The notes below the pieces were generated by a model that did no database searches, was not told the DNA's origin, and saw only the letters and a program-made list of their open reading frames with translations. The position numbers and the translations under genes are program-made. A stretch of DNA of 64,000 nt. Origin: Sphagnum compactum (lineage: Eukaryota). The DNA lies in NCBI GenBank assembly GCA_965153455.1, contig OZ234494.1, positions 2,604,001-2,668,000 on the forward strand, given 5' to 3'. Shown here piece after piece: positions 1-12,105 of the stretch; within the stretch, counting starts at the first letter, position 1, and each line of letters starts with the position of its first letter.

Positions 1-44
1 TGATAATGAAATTAATTAAAAGTTTAACTATGTGAAAATTTGCA

Positions 45-1560
45 TCAATTGGCTTGAGAAATTAGATGCAAGTGCTTTTCAAAATTAGATTGTAAATCAT
101 GTGTAGTCAAATTACAATTCCAAAACTACTAGTGTAACAATTTCACAACAACTTTCATTAGCGCAAATGACATCATGGAATAATCAACTTTGTAAAACTT
201 GTCATAAACTCTTTTAATTATGTGATGTTAGTACAAATTTAAACAAGTCAATCTTCTAATAAACATGATAAAATATACATACAACCCATTCAATAAAAAG
301 TTGGCACAAAAAAGTTGACCAATGACCTCTTGATTGGTTGAAGACACATGTTGTTACCATTGGATTAGGGCATATGTGATCATTTATATAATCACCTAGA
401 CTTGAGATTAAAAACTTTTTTAAAAAAAAGTTTACTAATTATAATGAATGATAATTGCCTGCTTGAATTCTAAGGTTTCTTCAAGCATGACCACTTTGCT
501 CGCAAATTAGGACTTGACAAGATATTTCTATTTACATGGGTGCAACCCCCTATCAATGCAAGCCTTCCTTCACTCATTTTGACCTTTCTTAGGTTTTTTG
601 TTCCAAATTTTGATTTTTTAGTGACCTTTGTCAACCCTCTTGCAATTTTGGAGTCATCAGTTGCATATGTTAATAAGCAATTGATAAAACATGACTGAAA
701 CAAATGCCTTCAAACAACACTTGGCATTGTACGACAAACATGTAACAATGGGATTGAAAAACAACTCACGAACATTGCCTAGGCATTAATTACCTCCTCA
801 ACCACACATTTTCAATTGTGGAAATAAACGTATTTACAAATGTAAATTTGTAAAGAGTGAGGTCTTCAAGGAATTTCACTTGGACCTCATCATTCTTCTT
901 GTATGGATTATTGGATCCAAAAAAACTATGATGGCCAAACTCTAATTGGTGTGGAGTGTTCCTTGGCTGATTAGAGAATGTGGTTATTTTCCTTTATATA
1001 ATGACTACTGGCACCTTCCTCAAAGCACACATGCTTGGATGAAAGACATCAACGAGTTTGCACATAGCAATAATACAATTTGCTTTCATGTATTTCACAA
1101 TGCCTTTTCTTAAAACTCATCTTTGCCTTATTACATTGGTCTCAATAAGACTAGCTAGCTCTATACATTATGTATTGTAAGACTTGAAAGTTTGCAACAT
1201 CAATAGGTAGGTTATCATTAACAACAAATGAACTTCAACAAATTGAATTTTATTGTGAAGTTTCAACAAAGCAACTTGAACACTCAAAACTACAAATAGA
1301 TATGCATTTCCCTCACTTTGGTTGTACTCAATTTCTTCTTTTGTACTGACTTTCAACATTACACAAGTTGAGGTGCCCATAGTTTGGCCATCAACTTGAT
1401 CCATCATAAATCAAAATCCATAAAATAAATTTCCATAAAACCAAAATAATTGAAAATAAGACTAATATGTGTGGAAGAGAATTCAATGTATGAATTACTT
1501 GCCAACCACCTTCAAAAGAATGGCCACATGAATGTTATGGATAAAATCTAATCAAACTTT
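45..1560 (-). mobile_element. Degenerate hAT-superfamily transposase remnant
   Basis: Minus-strand translation with stops and frameshifts gives KKPKKGQNE*RKACIDRGLHPCK*KYLVKS*FASKVVMLEETLEFKQAII (about 445-610) and FFGSNNPYKKNDEVQVKFLEDL (about 860-925). These resemble bryophyte hAT transposases (family assignment from memory). Boundaries are approximate and no TIRs were found. Confidence 0.55.
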
Positions 1561-3570
1561 TTGAAATAACTTATAAAAGTCCTTAGTGACACCTATTCAT
1601 TATGCAATCTAATTCTTCCAACTTCCAACCTTTCAATAACACATTCACCATCAAAGCTTTTGGTGACCAATTGTTCACTACTCTCAACCTTAAGAATTCT
1701 ACCTCTAACTAGTACATGCAAATATTTCTCAATTTTATTACGGTAGAGATAATGAAACACCTTCTGCATTCTACTTTGGTTACAAGTAATTTAACCAATT
1801 TCCACTATTCTAGTTCTTTGAAATGAGGATTATCATATGACAACATTGTTGATGAAGCACAATAATTGTTAACCAAGTGATGACCGGATTGGTAACCAAT
1901 GCTACTTGCCATAACCCATGACAAAAGATGACACCATGTTAATTTAGAATGAGATTGGTTTAATCTCAGCTATGTTTCCATGATGAGGTTCAAACATGTT
2001 CATGTCACATGAAAGTCAAAAACACAATTCTATTGATTGGAGGTTGGTGAATACTTTTCACTTCACATGTGACTTCTCTTTTGAATATTAAAAAGTTCAA
2101 TAGGCCTTGGTTTTGTATGAAGCACTATGGTTACTTTCAAAAATTTCAAGGGTTTGAAATTGTTATGATTGTGAGATACATAGCACAATTCTTTGTTTGC
2201 GTTCTTGTCATGCACATGTTCGCATCATTTTCATCACATCACATCATACACTTGATAATTTCACTAGGATCTAGGCCAAATATGTGTGACTTTCCATGTA
2301 TCATTATCACATAACATTGCAATGAATTCAAAAACTTCTTGATGTCATTTCCTTGAGAATAGGATTTACAATCACCCAAGAAAGCTTGAACTAATGATTG
2401 GGTTGGACCCATAATTGAATTTCAAGTTCAATTGAATGTGGTGGAGGATGAAATTTTAGGCAATTACTTTACATATGTTAGCACTATATAATGCTCATAA
2501 CAAAAATAAAAAAACTAAAAGATTGCAAGCCAAACTTTTTATTATTTAATCCTACATACATGGCTTGAGAATAGAGACCTCCTTTTCTAGTAATATTGTT
2601 TTTTCATTGACCGAATAACCCTTAATGGATCACAACATCTTGCATGGTGTTATGTTGCATTGAACCCATAATCAATTACAAACTAGTCACATAGTGCCAA
2701 CCACTTAAGTAATCACTTTGATCTCTCTATATACCTATTGCCAAGTGTCCACCCAACAAAAATAATCAATGCAAGTATCAAATTACAATGACGATTGAAA
2801 TGGTGAACTTGTTTATGTAGCCATAAACTTCTAGTTCTGGGAAGAGTTCATGCAAGGCCAAAAAAAATAGCTCAACACATTCCACCCTAAAATTACAACA
2901 ACCACAAAATTTCTAATGTATGTAAATATAAGAGTAAATGACCCATGTTCCATAGCCAGTACACATTTGCACCCAAATCAAATCTGAGTACAAAGGGACT
3001 ATTCACTAAACCCATTTTCCATCAGAATTGGTCAGTTCCAAGTGAGCATTTTACCTTGGTTGCCACCGTAATGGGATCTTAGTGGACAACTTCATTACAG
3101 ATTCATCCCCATCAATTAAATATATATGTATATACACATATATAATGCTGATTTTCTAATGTCTCTAACCTCATCTGAAGGTGCATGAGTTGCACCCAAG
3201 TTTTGAACCCTTTGTTGCCTCACACCCAAGCTGATTATAAACCCTGAGAGTATAAACCCTGAGCACAACAAAGTTCAGCAAAAGCTTGAACAGGAAAATG
3301 AACTGAAAGGCTCTAAGTAGTTCATGTTGGAGTACAAATACCCAGGCTTTAGAAAACTGGTCAATTCTGACCCATGCAAGCAAGAAAGGAATGGCCAGGA
3401 ATCAGGATTCAGGATCAATAAATACACAATGAAAGAATCTACAATGAAAGAACAAGACTAAATAATAATGTAATATATGTATTCAAGCAGTAATAGTAAT
3501 ACATGCTACCACATGAAACTGCAAAAGAAAACTCCATAACAACAATTTGAAAAGGTGACATAATAATAAT

Positions 3571-3936
3571 GAGTGCAGTCATAACCTTATATGAGTTGCT
3601 CACGGAAAATAACTCACAAAAAGTATCAGACCATCATCTTAATCACACACAACAGCACCAAACCGCAATGACTATTCACTGACTTCTTCCACTTCCAACA
3701 ACAGTGTCATGACTACCCACTGACTTCATGAGCTCCGCCATGGTTGGTGTACCATGACTACCCACTGACTTCATCTGCTCCCACCCACAGCCAGGTGTAG
3801 ATAAGTGTATAATAATAAGCAAGCCAAAAACTAAAATCCAGAAACCCACATTTCCGGAACCGAACTGGAAGAGGACTGAGTCATGATGTCGGCTAGCACT
3901 CAAAGAGACATGTATCCAAACACTGTTCACCCAAGT
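3571..3936. repeat. Dispersed noncoding element, copy A (homologous to 49805-50070)
   Basis: Collinear shared blocks: gtcataac..atgag, actcacaaa..gt(a/g)tcagaccatca, catgactaccc.tgact.catc.gctccc, ggtgtagataagt.tata and agtcatgatgt.gg.t.gca.tcaa. The module atgactacccactgacttc is present three times here (about 3668, 3709, 3754). Confidence 0.8.
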
Positions 3937-4814
3937 CTTCCAAAACAAAGAGAAGAGAAGAGAAGAGAAGAGAAGAGAGAGAGAGAGGAGAGAGAGAAAG
4001 AGAGCTCTATGATGACCCTGACACGGGGAAAAAAAACTTGGAGCCAAAACCCCACTTTCCAAAATTTCATATGAAATCTGCTCAATTTTGAAAGAAGTTC
4101 CTGGAGAAGAAGAGGAGGAAGAAGAAGAAGAAGCAGCTGGAGAATATCTTTTCTTTCTTCTTCCTCCATTTTGAAATTTTTTTTTCTTTTGATCTTTGCT
4201 ACTCATACATTTTGTGTGGTGGTTAAGGCTAGTTGTAGTGAGAATTAACTAATCAATGAGCTGAATTTGTCAATCTTGAGCTTGTTCATTTCGAGGAGCC
4301 TGCTGTATCAATTTCTCTTGTCTGAGCTCTATCTTTGTTTCTGTTTTATGGGTCTGTTTTTTGCTTACAGGAAAGGCTCAACTGAGTGTTCTGCATGCAC
4401 TCTCAAACAAATTCATAACTACATGTGTGTATGTCCATGGCAGAAATTCAGGCACCTTTCGTAGTGAAGTTCTTTGCACAAAACACACCTTACACAGAAT
4501 TTATCCTGGAAACCTCAAGCTCCCTGGATGGCTTGCCAGCTGGCTGGTACTAGAGCTTGGGTGGTTTTGAAGAATGCAGCAGCAGCAAAAGTGCTGGAGT
4601 CTGAAGGAGCATTGTCAAGGTGATGTATATATGGTTGCTTAAGCTCTCTTCCTGTTGCTGTGCTCACTTGTGGGCTCTCAACTGCTGCTCCACCACTTGA
4701 CCATGCACTCCCTACAACTTTGCTGCTGATGCGTCTTGAAAGATTCTAGAGAGTATTCAAGCTCCCCTGCTGCTGCTGCTGCTAAAAATGTAGTTTTGAG
4801 AAGTTCTATGATCA

Positions 4815-7483
4815 TCATCGGCTTGTCCTTCCCTGCAACGCCTGCCAAAAAGAAGTGTCCACAGCTCAAACCCTTCAGAGTGAGGCCAAGAAAAAAACAT
4901 GCCCAATTGATTGATTACTAGCAGCAAGCTTTGCAAGGTCACAGACTACTACCCAGATGAAGATTCAGCTTCACTAGAGAACTGTAGCATGATCTGTGTT
5001 TGAGCTTCACCTTTTTGGTGATGCTGATGCCACTGCCTCCTGGGTCACCACTGCTTCCATTTTCAGGGCTCGAGAACAAATGAGCTGTAACTGCACCATT
5101 ACTAGCAGAGCCTGAGCCATCTGCAGCTCCAGCAGCAGAAGCTGGAAGTTGCATGACCTCAGTGTTGACAGAGTCTTGTACAGGAGCTTCTCTACTGCAG
5201 CTCTGATCATGGTGATCCCTGTGATCTTGCTGAAGACCAGCAGCAGCAGGAGGCAGCTGGAGTGCCACATCCTGGGACTGAGCTCCCTCATGGGTCACCT
5301 TGCTGGATGCTCGGGGTGGAAGTTTGCTTCCACCATGAAGACTTCCCGCATTGTGGTAGAGAGCTTCCAATTGGTGAAAGTAGGGACAAGTCTTGGAATT
5401 CTCAGCACGCTTCTTGTTGCTCTCCTTGGTCTTCCTGTAGTACTTGTTCACATTCTCCCACTTCTCCTTGCACCTCTTGGCGTTCCGGAAGCTGTACCCC
5501 ATGGAAGACATCCCTCTGCTAATCTCTTCCCACAAAGGCCCCTTGGCACCTGTCTCCTGGAACCTAGACTCCATCTCCATCCTCAAACCGATCAGAGCAT
5601 GAACTTCCGGGGTCGGCCACCTTTTGCTGTGCAGATCAAACCCATCTTTACCGTCTCCGGGTTCAACATCTTGGGGATGCTGCAGCTGCTGCTGGATCCT
5701 GTGGTTGCGAGGTTGGATTGCAGTAGTGGTGTGTTGTTGTTGTTGTTGTTGTTGTACAGGAAGAGGTGGTGGCGATGGTGGTGAAGATGGGTGTGGTGGG
5801 TGTGGCTCTGGGATTTGGGGAAGCAGCAAAGTCTGGCCTGTCACCTTCTGCAACACAGCAATGAGTGCCGCATCTCGAGTGGCGGCGAGGGTGTGTTGTT
5901 GGATGCGGAGCTCATGCTCACGGGTCATGCGCTCCATCTCTTGTCTCTTCCAAGCTTCTTCTCGAGCTATCCTATCGTGCTCTCGCTTTTCCATGGATTC
6001 CAGAAACTTACGTTGCATGGCTTCTTGCTTGTCCATCAGCTTCTTCACCAACGACTCCAACAACATCACCTTCTTCTTCGAGGAGCTGCTGCTGGTTCTT
6101 GCATGCAGATCCCCATGGTCATTGTCCTTGCTGCTGCGCTTGAATCTTTTCTTGCTCCTAGTAGTATTGTCGTCCTCCTCCTCCTCCTCCTCCTCCTCCT
6201 CCTCTCCTCCTTCAGCTTCATTATGGTCCTCTTGGGAAGAATCTGAAACAGCTGCGACGTTGTTGTTCTCCTCCTCCGCTGCTGCTGCTGCTCTGAATGC
6301 AGATGGAGCACCCATATGGTCTAATCCTCTTCCTCCTCCTGCAGGCAGCAGCAACGTTGTTGCAGCTGTTGCATGATCAGCGTCACGGGTGGATGCACCG
6401 ACAACATTGTTGCGGCGGCCACTGTAGAGAGCATCCAGCTCGCTGAAGAAGCGATAATTCTTCCCATCTTGTCTCCCGGCCTTACCATCTTTGGTTTTCT
6501 TGTAGTACTTGTGAATGTTCTCAAACTTCTCTTTGCACTTCTTCGCACTTCTGTGGTACCCAAGCTCCGCAAGCTTCCTGTAAGCAAGCAAGAAGTAATG
6601 TCCGAGTCAGTCAGTTCTCAAAACAACATCTATGCCACCACCACCCAACAGGATACCTTGCTGCAAGGTGAAGAAGAAGAAGCAGCTTCCTGCAAGCACA
6701 ACAAGAAGAGGAGCTCCGCAGCAGCAGTGAGAGACTGTGTTACCGAGCTACATCTTCCCACAGAGGTCCCTTGAGTCCAGAATCTCGGAAGTTGGAATCC
6801 ATTTCTGATCTGATCTGAATGAGTAGGAGAGTCTCTTGTCGAGGCCACCGGTTGCCTCCTCCTCCTCCAGTGCTCCTTCCTTCCTCCCCAAGTTCCATGT
6901 TGCCATCATCATCTGCTGCTGCTGCTTCGTGACCTAGCTGCTGCGCCTGGAGACTCATACCTGCAGCTGCGCTCATCATCTGTTTGGCAAATCCGGTGTT
7001 CGTCGGAGGAGATGGCCTGCTGCTAGCCACAGGCGGAGATGGAGAAGCTGCAGCTGCTTCTGGAGAATCCGGTCCCCCGCCTCCGAGTCCTAGCTGGTGG
7101 ACCATCTGGTGCTGGTGCTGAACCGAAGTTTGCTGTTGCTGGTGGTGGTGGTGGTGATGGTGTTGTTGCTGCTGCTGCATATGCTGATGTTGTTGGCGTT
7201 GCTGGTGTGGTGAGTGAGAAGAAGCTTGTGACTGCTGATGGGCGTGAAGATGGTGAAGACTTTGTTGTGGTTCTTTCGGGGCTACTACTTGTTGCTGCTG
7301 ATGGTGAGAGTACAGATGCTGCTGCTGCCCAGGATGATGATGGCCGTGACCAGAGGTGGGAGGCGAGAGAGACATATGATCATGTGCCAGCGAGAAGATG
7401 TGAGCCTGACTCGGATGCTGCTGGCTTCCACCCACCACAAACTGGGGCACCTCTGTAACACCATACTGCCCTGAGGATTGCAT
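4815..7483 (-). CDS. GT-2: GT-2-clade trihelix transcription factor (two trihelix domains plus central coiled coil), about 777 aa
   Basis: Exon 1 is 7483-6744 (RWPRQETLLLIQIRSEMDSNFRDSGLKGPLWEDVAR), followed by a GT-AG phase-2 intron at 6743-6578. Exon 2 is 6577-5011 (KLAELGYHRSAKKCKEKFENIHKYYKKTKDGKAGRQDGKNYRFFSEL; coiled coil; RWPTPEVHALI...KGPLWEEIS...KRCKEKWENVNKYY). A putative exon 3 at 4841-4815 follows cttctttttggcag and reads ALQGRTSR*. The last exon is less certain: read-through would stop at 4939. The symbol is a clade name. Confidence 0.93.
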
Positions 7484-7603
7484 CTTCTTCTTCTTTCACA
7501 CCCCCCACTGTCCTCCAGGAGCTCCTGGCAGCAGCTCCTGGACTAGGCTCAGATTTTCTCTCCTACCTTCTTCTTCCGTCTTCTTCCTCGTCGTCCTCAG
7601 GCT

Positions 7604-7677
7604 TCAGTCTAACCTTCTTCTCATGATGCACTCCATCTCCAAATTACAACATCCAACAGCAGTTTACACATCCCCAT
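7604..7677 (-). promoter_or_regulatory. Two overlapping uORFs in the GT-2 5' leader
   Basis: ATG 7677 to TGA 7621 (MGMCKLLLDVVIWRWSAS*) and ATG 7636 to TGA 7604 (MECIMRRRLD*). Both lie downstream of a probable leader-intron acceptor near 7772 (tgtgttgcag). Confidence 0.45.
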
Positions 7678-7861
7678 TTTGTTACTACTCCCCTGATCCT
7701 ACTCTCCTCCTGATCCTGCTCCCACCCGAAGTCAGCTGCTATTCCACACCGCTGGAGCTTCAGAAAGCCTGCTGCAACACAAAATCTCCAAACTACTAAC
7801 ACCAACAAAAACAACACCCACCACCACCAAGAAGAAGAAGCTAACAGAAAAAAGTCACAAA

Positions 7862-7882
7862 ACACACACACACACACACACA

Positions 7883-7920
<38 letters not shown>
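7862..7920. repeat. (CA)n(CT)n compound microsatellite in the GT-2 leader region
   Basis: Seen directly. Confidence 0.95.
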
Positions 7921-7921
<1 letters not shown>

Positions 7922-8554
7922 AGAATAAACTGCAATAAAAGAATCCGATTGTTCAAACCTCCAATACAGCAAGTCCACAGTAGTAGACCTGTAGTGTGAT
8001 CAAAAGCTCATGAGACTCTCTCTCTCTAATCCCAGAAAGAATCAGAGAGAATGGTATTTCTCATGAGCCTCACAGTCTCACAGCATCCCTTCCTCCCCCT
8101 CCTCCACTCCATTCTCTCTCTGTCTCTCTGTCTCTATATCTCTGTGTCTATCTGAGTCTCTGGGTTGTTTGTCTCTCTCTTTCTCTTCTCCTCCCTCCAT
8201 CTTCAGATTGCCGAAACAAGAAGCAGAGATCATGTGCAAATCCACGGAAACAAAACTCGTCTTTGGAATCCAAAACAATGATCCCACAAAACAGAGGAAA
8301 GAAGACAAAACAAAAACAAACACACAACCCAAAGTTGTGCAACCAAAAGAGGAGAAGATCCTGAAGAGTTCTGAATCCGATTCAGAACAAAACCCAAAAC
8401 AGAACTGAGCGGAAAGAAGATGAAAATCCCATCAGAAAACAGATCGATCAAAACTTCTTCGCCCAACTCTTTCTGGCAGACAAAACCAGCAGCAGCAGCA
8501 CAGGAGGAGCAGTAGTGCTATCCTCAAGAGCAGCGGCAGCAGCAGGAGGTGCAG

Positions 8555-9195
8555 ACGGATGGATGAAAAACATCCAAGGATGAATAAAAACAAACAAGAA
8601 GCGAAATTGAAAAAAGTAAACAAAAACATACATGCGCAGACAAGGTGAAAACATCCAAGGATGGATGGATAGATGGATGAATACCAAGAAGCGAAAAAAG
8701 AAAAACGGCAAAAAAAAAAGCACACACACAAGGTGAAAACATCCAAGGGATGAATGGATGGATGAGTACCAATAAGCAAAGAAAGAAACAGGGGAAAACA
8801 CACCCATGTTTTATGTGAAAACATCCAAGGATGAAAACTATTAAGTGGAAAGAGGAAAAAAAAAAGAGAGAGAAAACACACACTCAAGGTGAAAGCATCC
8901 AAGGATGGATGAAAACTAAGAAGCAAAAAAAGAAAAAGGGGAAAAAACATACACACAAGGTAAAAACATCCAAGGATGAATGAAAAACCAAGAAGTGAAA
9001 AGAGAAAATGAGGGGGAAAAACATAAGGTGAAAACTGAAAACATCCAAAGATGGATGAAAACCAAGAAGAAAAAAAGAAAATGGGCAGAAAAACATACAC
9101 ACAATGGGAAAACATCCAAGGATGAATGAAAAACCAAGAAGTGAAAAGAGGGAAAAAAAAAAGGGAAAACACACACACACACACACACACTTACA
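8555..9195. repeat. Imperfect minisatellite, about 8 units of 70-90 bp, upstream of GT-2
   Basis: Core catccaaggatg (two copies vary slightly) at about 8571, 8652, 8740, 8822, 8896, 8967, 9042 and 9113. It is usually preceded by acaaggtgaaaa and followed by accaagaag. Confidence 0.9.
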
Positions 9196-11639
9196 CAAGG
9201 TACTCAATAACTTAATTAAAGTGATAACTTTAATTAATAACTTTGATAGAATATTTGCTTACTTATTATGGAGAGAGTACATTTAAAGAGATACTTGTAA
9301 GGTAGTAATTAATTAATGTTTTGGTTGTTGGGTTTAGGTACTTATTAAAGCTTTGCCTTTAATTTTGGGCCTTCATAAAAGGGGATTAGGTCAGGACAAA
9401 TAATAATAGACCACGTGAATCAACAAAGGAATCATAATAGTGAAGAGAAAAATAAGGAGAGGTTTTTTTGGGGGGAGGGGAGGGGAGGATAGCCCATGGG
9501 GTGAGTAGTGGGGAGGTGGAATTAGGTATTTTTTTCACTATTTTTATCGACATATAATTAATTATTATATTTGTTTTTTTAATTTTTACCTTTTGCATTA
9601 TTTTCTATTATTTTCTATTTTTATTACTATTTTTTTATTCAAATGTCCAACAAGAGGCTAATAGAATGGGAAGAGTATGAACAAAACACTAGCAAGTGGA
9701 CTTGTTTAAATGGGCAACTTGTTAAGTGAGCAACTTGTTAAGTGGGCCAACTTGAGATTGCCAGTGTAATTAGGGTTTCATCAATTAGGAGTCCAAAAAG
9801 AAGGAGACAAAAACATGGGTGTAGGTGTCCTTGTGATTTATTTTTTAAGGGGGTGGGGGAATTGGGAGTTTTTTAGGGTTTTTTTTAGCTTCATTTGTTG
9901 TCCACTTCATTAAGATAGAAGTTTCTTCTTTTTTTATTCCAAGTCTTCATGTCTTTTTGCCAATTTCCAAATTTCCTTGATTCCATCTTCCAACACTTTT
10001 TTTAAAGATTTTTCAATTTGGATCCAATCTATCAACCAACCCTTTTACTTGACAAGACTTTCAGTGAATTCCTTTTTCCTAGGGTTAATATTCCCCCTAT
10101 TGAATCATGGGATTTTCTTTTCTTCTTTATTTTTTATAAAACAAAATATTGCAAATTATTTGTCTACTACATCCATTATTATTTTAAAAAGGATTCCTAT
10201 GAAATTGAATCCCTTGTTGGATATGTAAATCCTTAGGGGAACTTATGTTTGTACTTTGTAGGGAAAGACCATGAACATGGATGGAGCACCTTTTTGTTTT
10301 TGGTTTGGAATGCCATTCATCTTTATGTAGATACTACAATTGATGTTTTCAAGGGGTTTTCAAAGCTTGTTTGCATTTTAACCTAGTTGTGCATCTTTAG
10401 TAATACATTCAAGGTATTCCTATAATAACAATTAGTAGCACAATTTTAAAAAAGGTTCCTAGGATGTAAGGGTTTAGGGTTGCATTCCTTGCAAGTCTCC
10501 AAACACCTATATGTGTGATGGACACTACCATGAATTTTTTTTTCCCTAGTTTTGTGGTTTCAAAAGTTTGGTGAATTTTTCCAAATATTTAGCATTTTAT
10601 TTTTTTTAATTCCAATTTTTTGGGTCACCAATGTGTCAAAAGTTTCCCCCAAAATAAAAACTTGAGCACTACCCATACATGTGCACCATTGGCTTCCCAA
10701 CATTATCAACATGCCCTTTAAATGGACCCACTATTGTGACATTTATTCAATGCCATCATCAAGATGCCATGGTATATATTTGGCGGACATGGTCACCAAA
10801 TTGTTTTGTCATGGCATGGGTTGCACTCTTTCACATAGACGGAAAGGTCGAGCCACACATGTCCACCATGACTCGGGAGAGGGACGAAGGGCCAAATATA
10901 ATTAGCTATCGGTGAATGCCCATGAGTTTTGGATTCATTGGCAATAGTCATGTCAATGCCACCATGTAATTGATCACCACTCAAACGTGCAAACATTGCA
11001 TACTCTTTCATGTGTACAATAACGGCTAAAAATGAAACAACTCTCCAAATTCATTTCAACTCTCTAATCCTTTTTAATCTAATCAAGCCAAATTAATGTG
11101 GGATGCCAACAGCACAGCACAAGCAAGTAATGTTTTTGGGTATAATTCTTTTTTATTTTAAACTCGACTAGTTTTGCTAATTTTTTTGAGCAAAAAAAAA
11201 TTGCCAAATTTTTTTGTATGTCACAAAAATGGAGAAAAAAATACACCTTGAGTGAGCATTGGGGGTGATTGAATATTGAATGTTGGTCCACTCATGAAAG
11301 TAAAATTGAAGAGGTTCTAGGGCTAAGTATCTATGGTGGTGGTGTACACCAATTCATTTGATTGATTGATTAGGTTTCAGGGTTTTGGGTATGATGGTGG
11401 TATAGCCAAGCCAGGTACACACACACTCCTCCACACATGAGTCAACATTCTAACACATCATTTGCTGAATCAAAAAGAAGTAAAAAATAATGGGACAACT
11501 CTCTCACTCTCTCTCTCTCTCTCTCTCTCTCTTAGCAGGTCATAAGAGAGAGAGGAGAGAGTCTCACACAGTCAAAAGACCTCCTTACACTTGAAAAGAG
11601 ACAAAAAGGGAGAAAAAAAAAAAAAAAAAGCAATCCATA

Positions 11640-12105
11640 TTCATCATGAAATCCTCTTCTTTTTCAACCTCTTTTTTGGACTCTTTTGTACTCTACTAAG
11701 TTCAAACTAGACACATTAAAACAAAGGCAACAAATTGGGTATTCTTAGAATCCCAGTTTGAGTTTTCTGGTGGGGTTGGGAAAAAGTAAAATAACTAAAA
11801 CTTGGATGTAAGACATGTTTCTGCAGGAGGGTCCCATACTGAGCACCCATGGATATATATATATATGCTTATGCAGCTCCCCCAGAGCAGCAGTAGTACA
11901 CACTGGATTGCACTCTATGCACAATATTTTTTTTTCAATGGAAGTGTATCTCATGAAGTGAAGATGCCTTGTTCATCATGAAAACCTCTTCTTTTTCACC
12001 CTCTTTTTTTGGACTCTTTTGTACTCCTTTCTACTAAGTTTAAACTAGGCACATTCAAAAAGCACAAAAAATTGAGTATTCTTAGAATCCCAACTATTTT
12101 TTCTT
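11640..12105. repeat. Local direct duplication of about 125 bp (11640-11765 and 11972-12100)
   Basis: ttcatcatgaaa..cctcttctttttca.c..ttttttggactcttttgtactc..ctaagtt.aaactag.cacatt..aaattg.gtattcttagaatccca occurs twice. Confidence 0.85.

Noticed and set aside
3676..4206. 176-aa minus-strand ORF
   Set aside because: It is built from (GAA)/(GA) microsatellites and a dispersed repeat, with no domain.
4928..4946. tasiARF-like tgaccttgcaaag on the minus strand
   Set aside because: It is a short match inside a GT-2 intron with no flanking miR390 sites.
5149..7474. Long + strand ORFs (211, 250, 151, 133 and 139 aa)
   Set aside because: They are antisense shadows of the GC-rich, repeat-rich GT-2 exons.
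8068..8090. Resemblance to Physcomitrella miR533-3p (ctcacagtct-cacagc)
   Set aside because: No complementary arm is visible. It is better explained as a leader-intron donor (gtgaga) on the minus strand.
8432..9207. Phe-rich ORFs up to 252 aa
   Set aside because: They are translations of the A-rich minisatellite in several frames.
10670..11020. GC-moderate, coding-like stretch
   Set aside because: No frame gave a recognisable motif, so no call can be supported.
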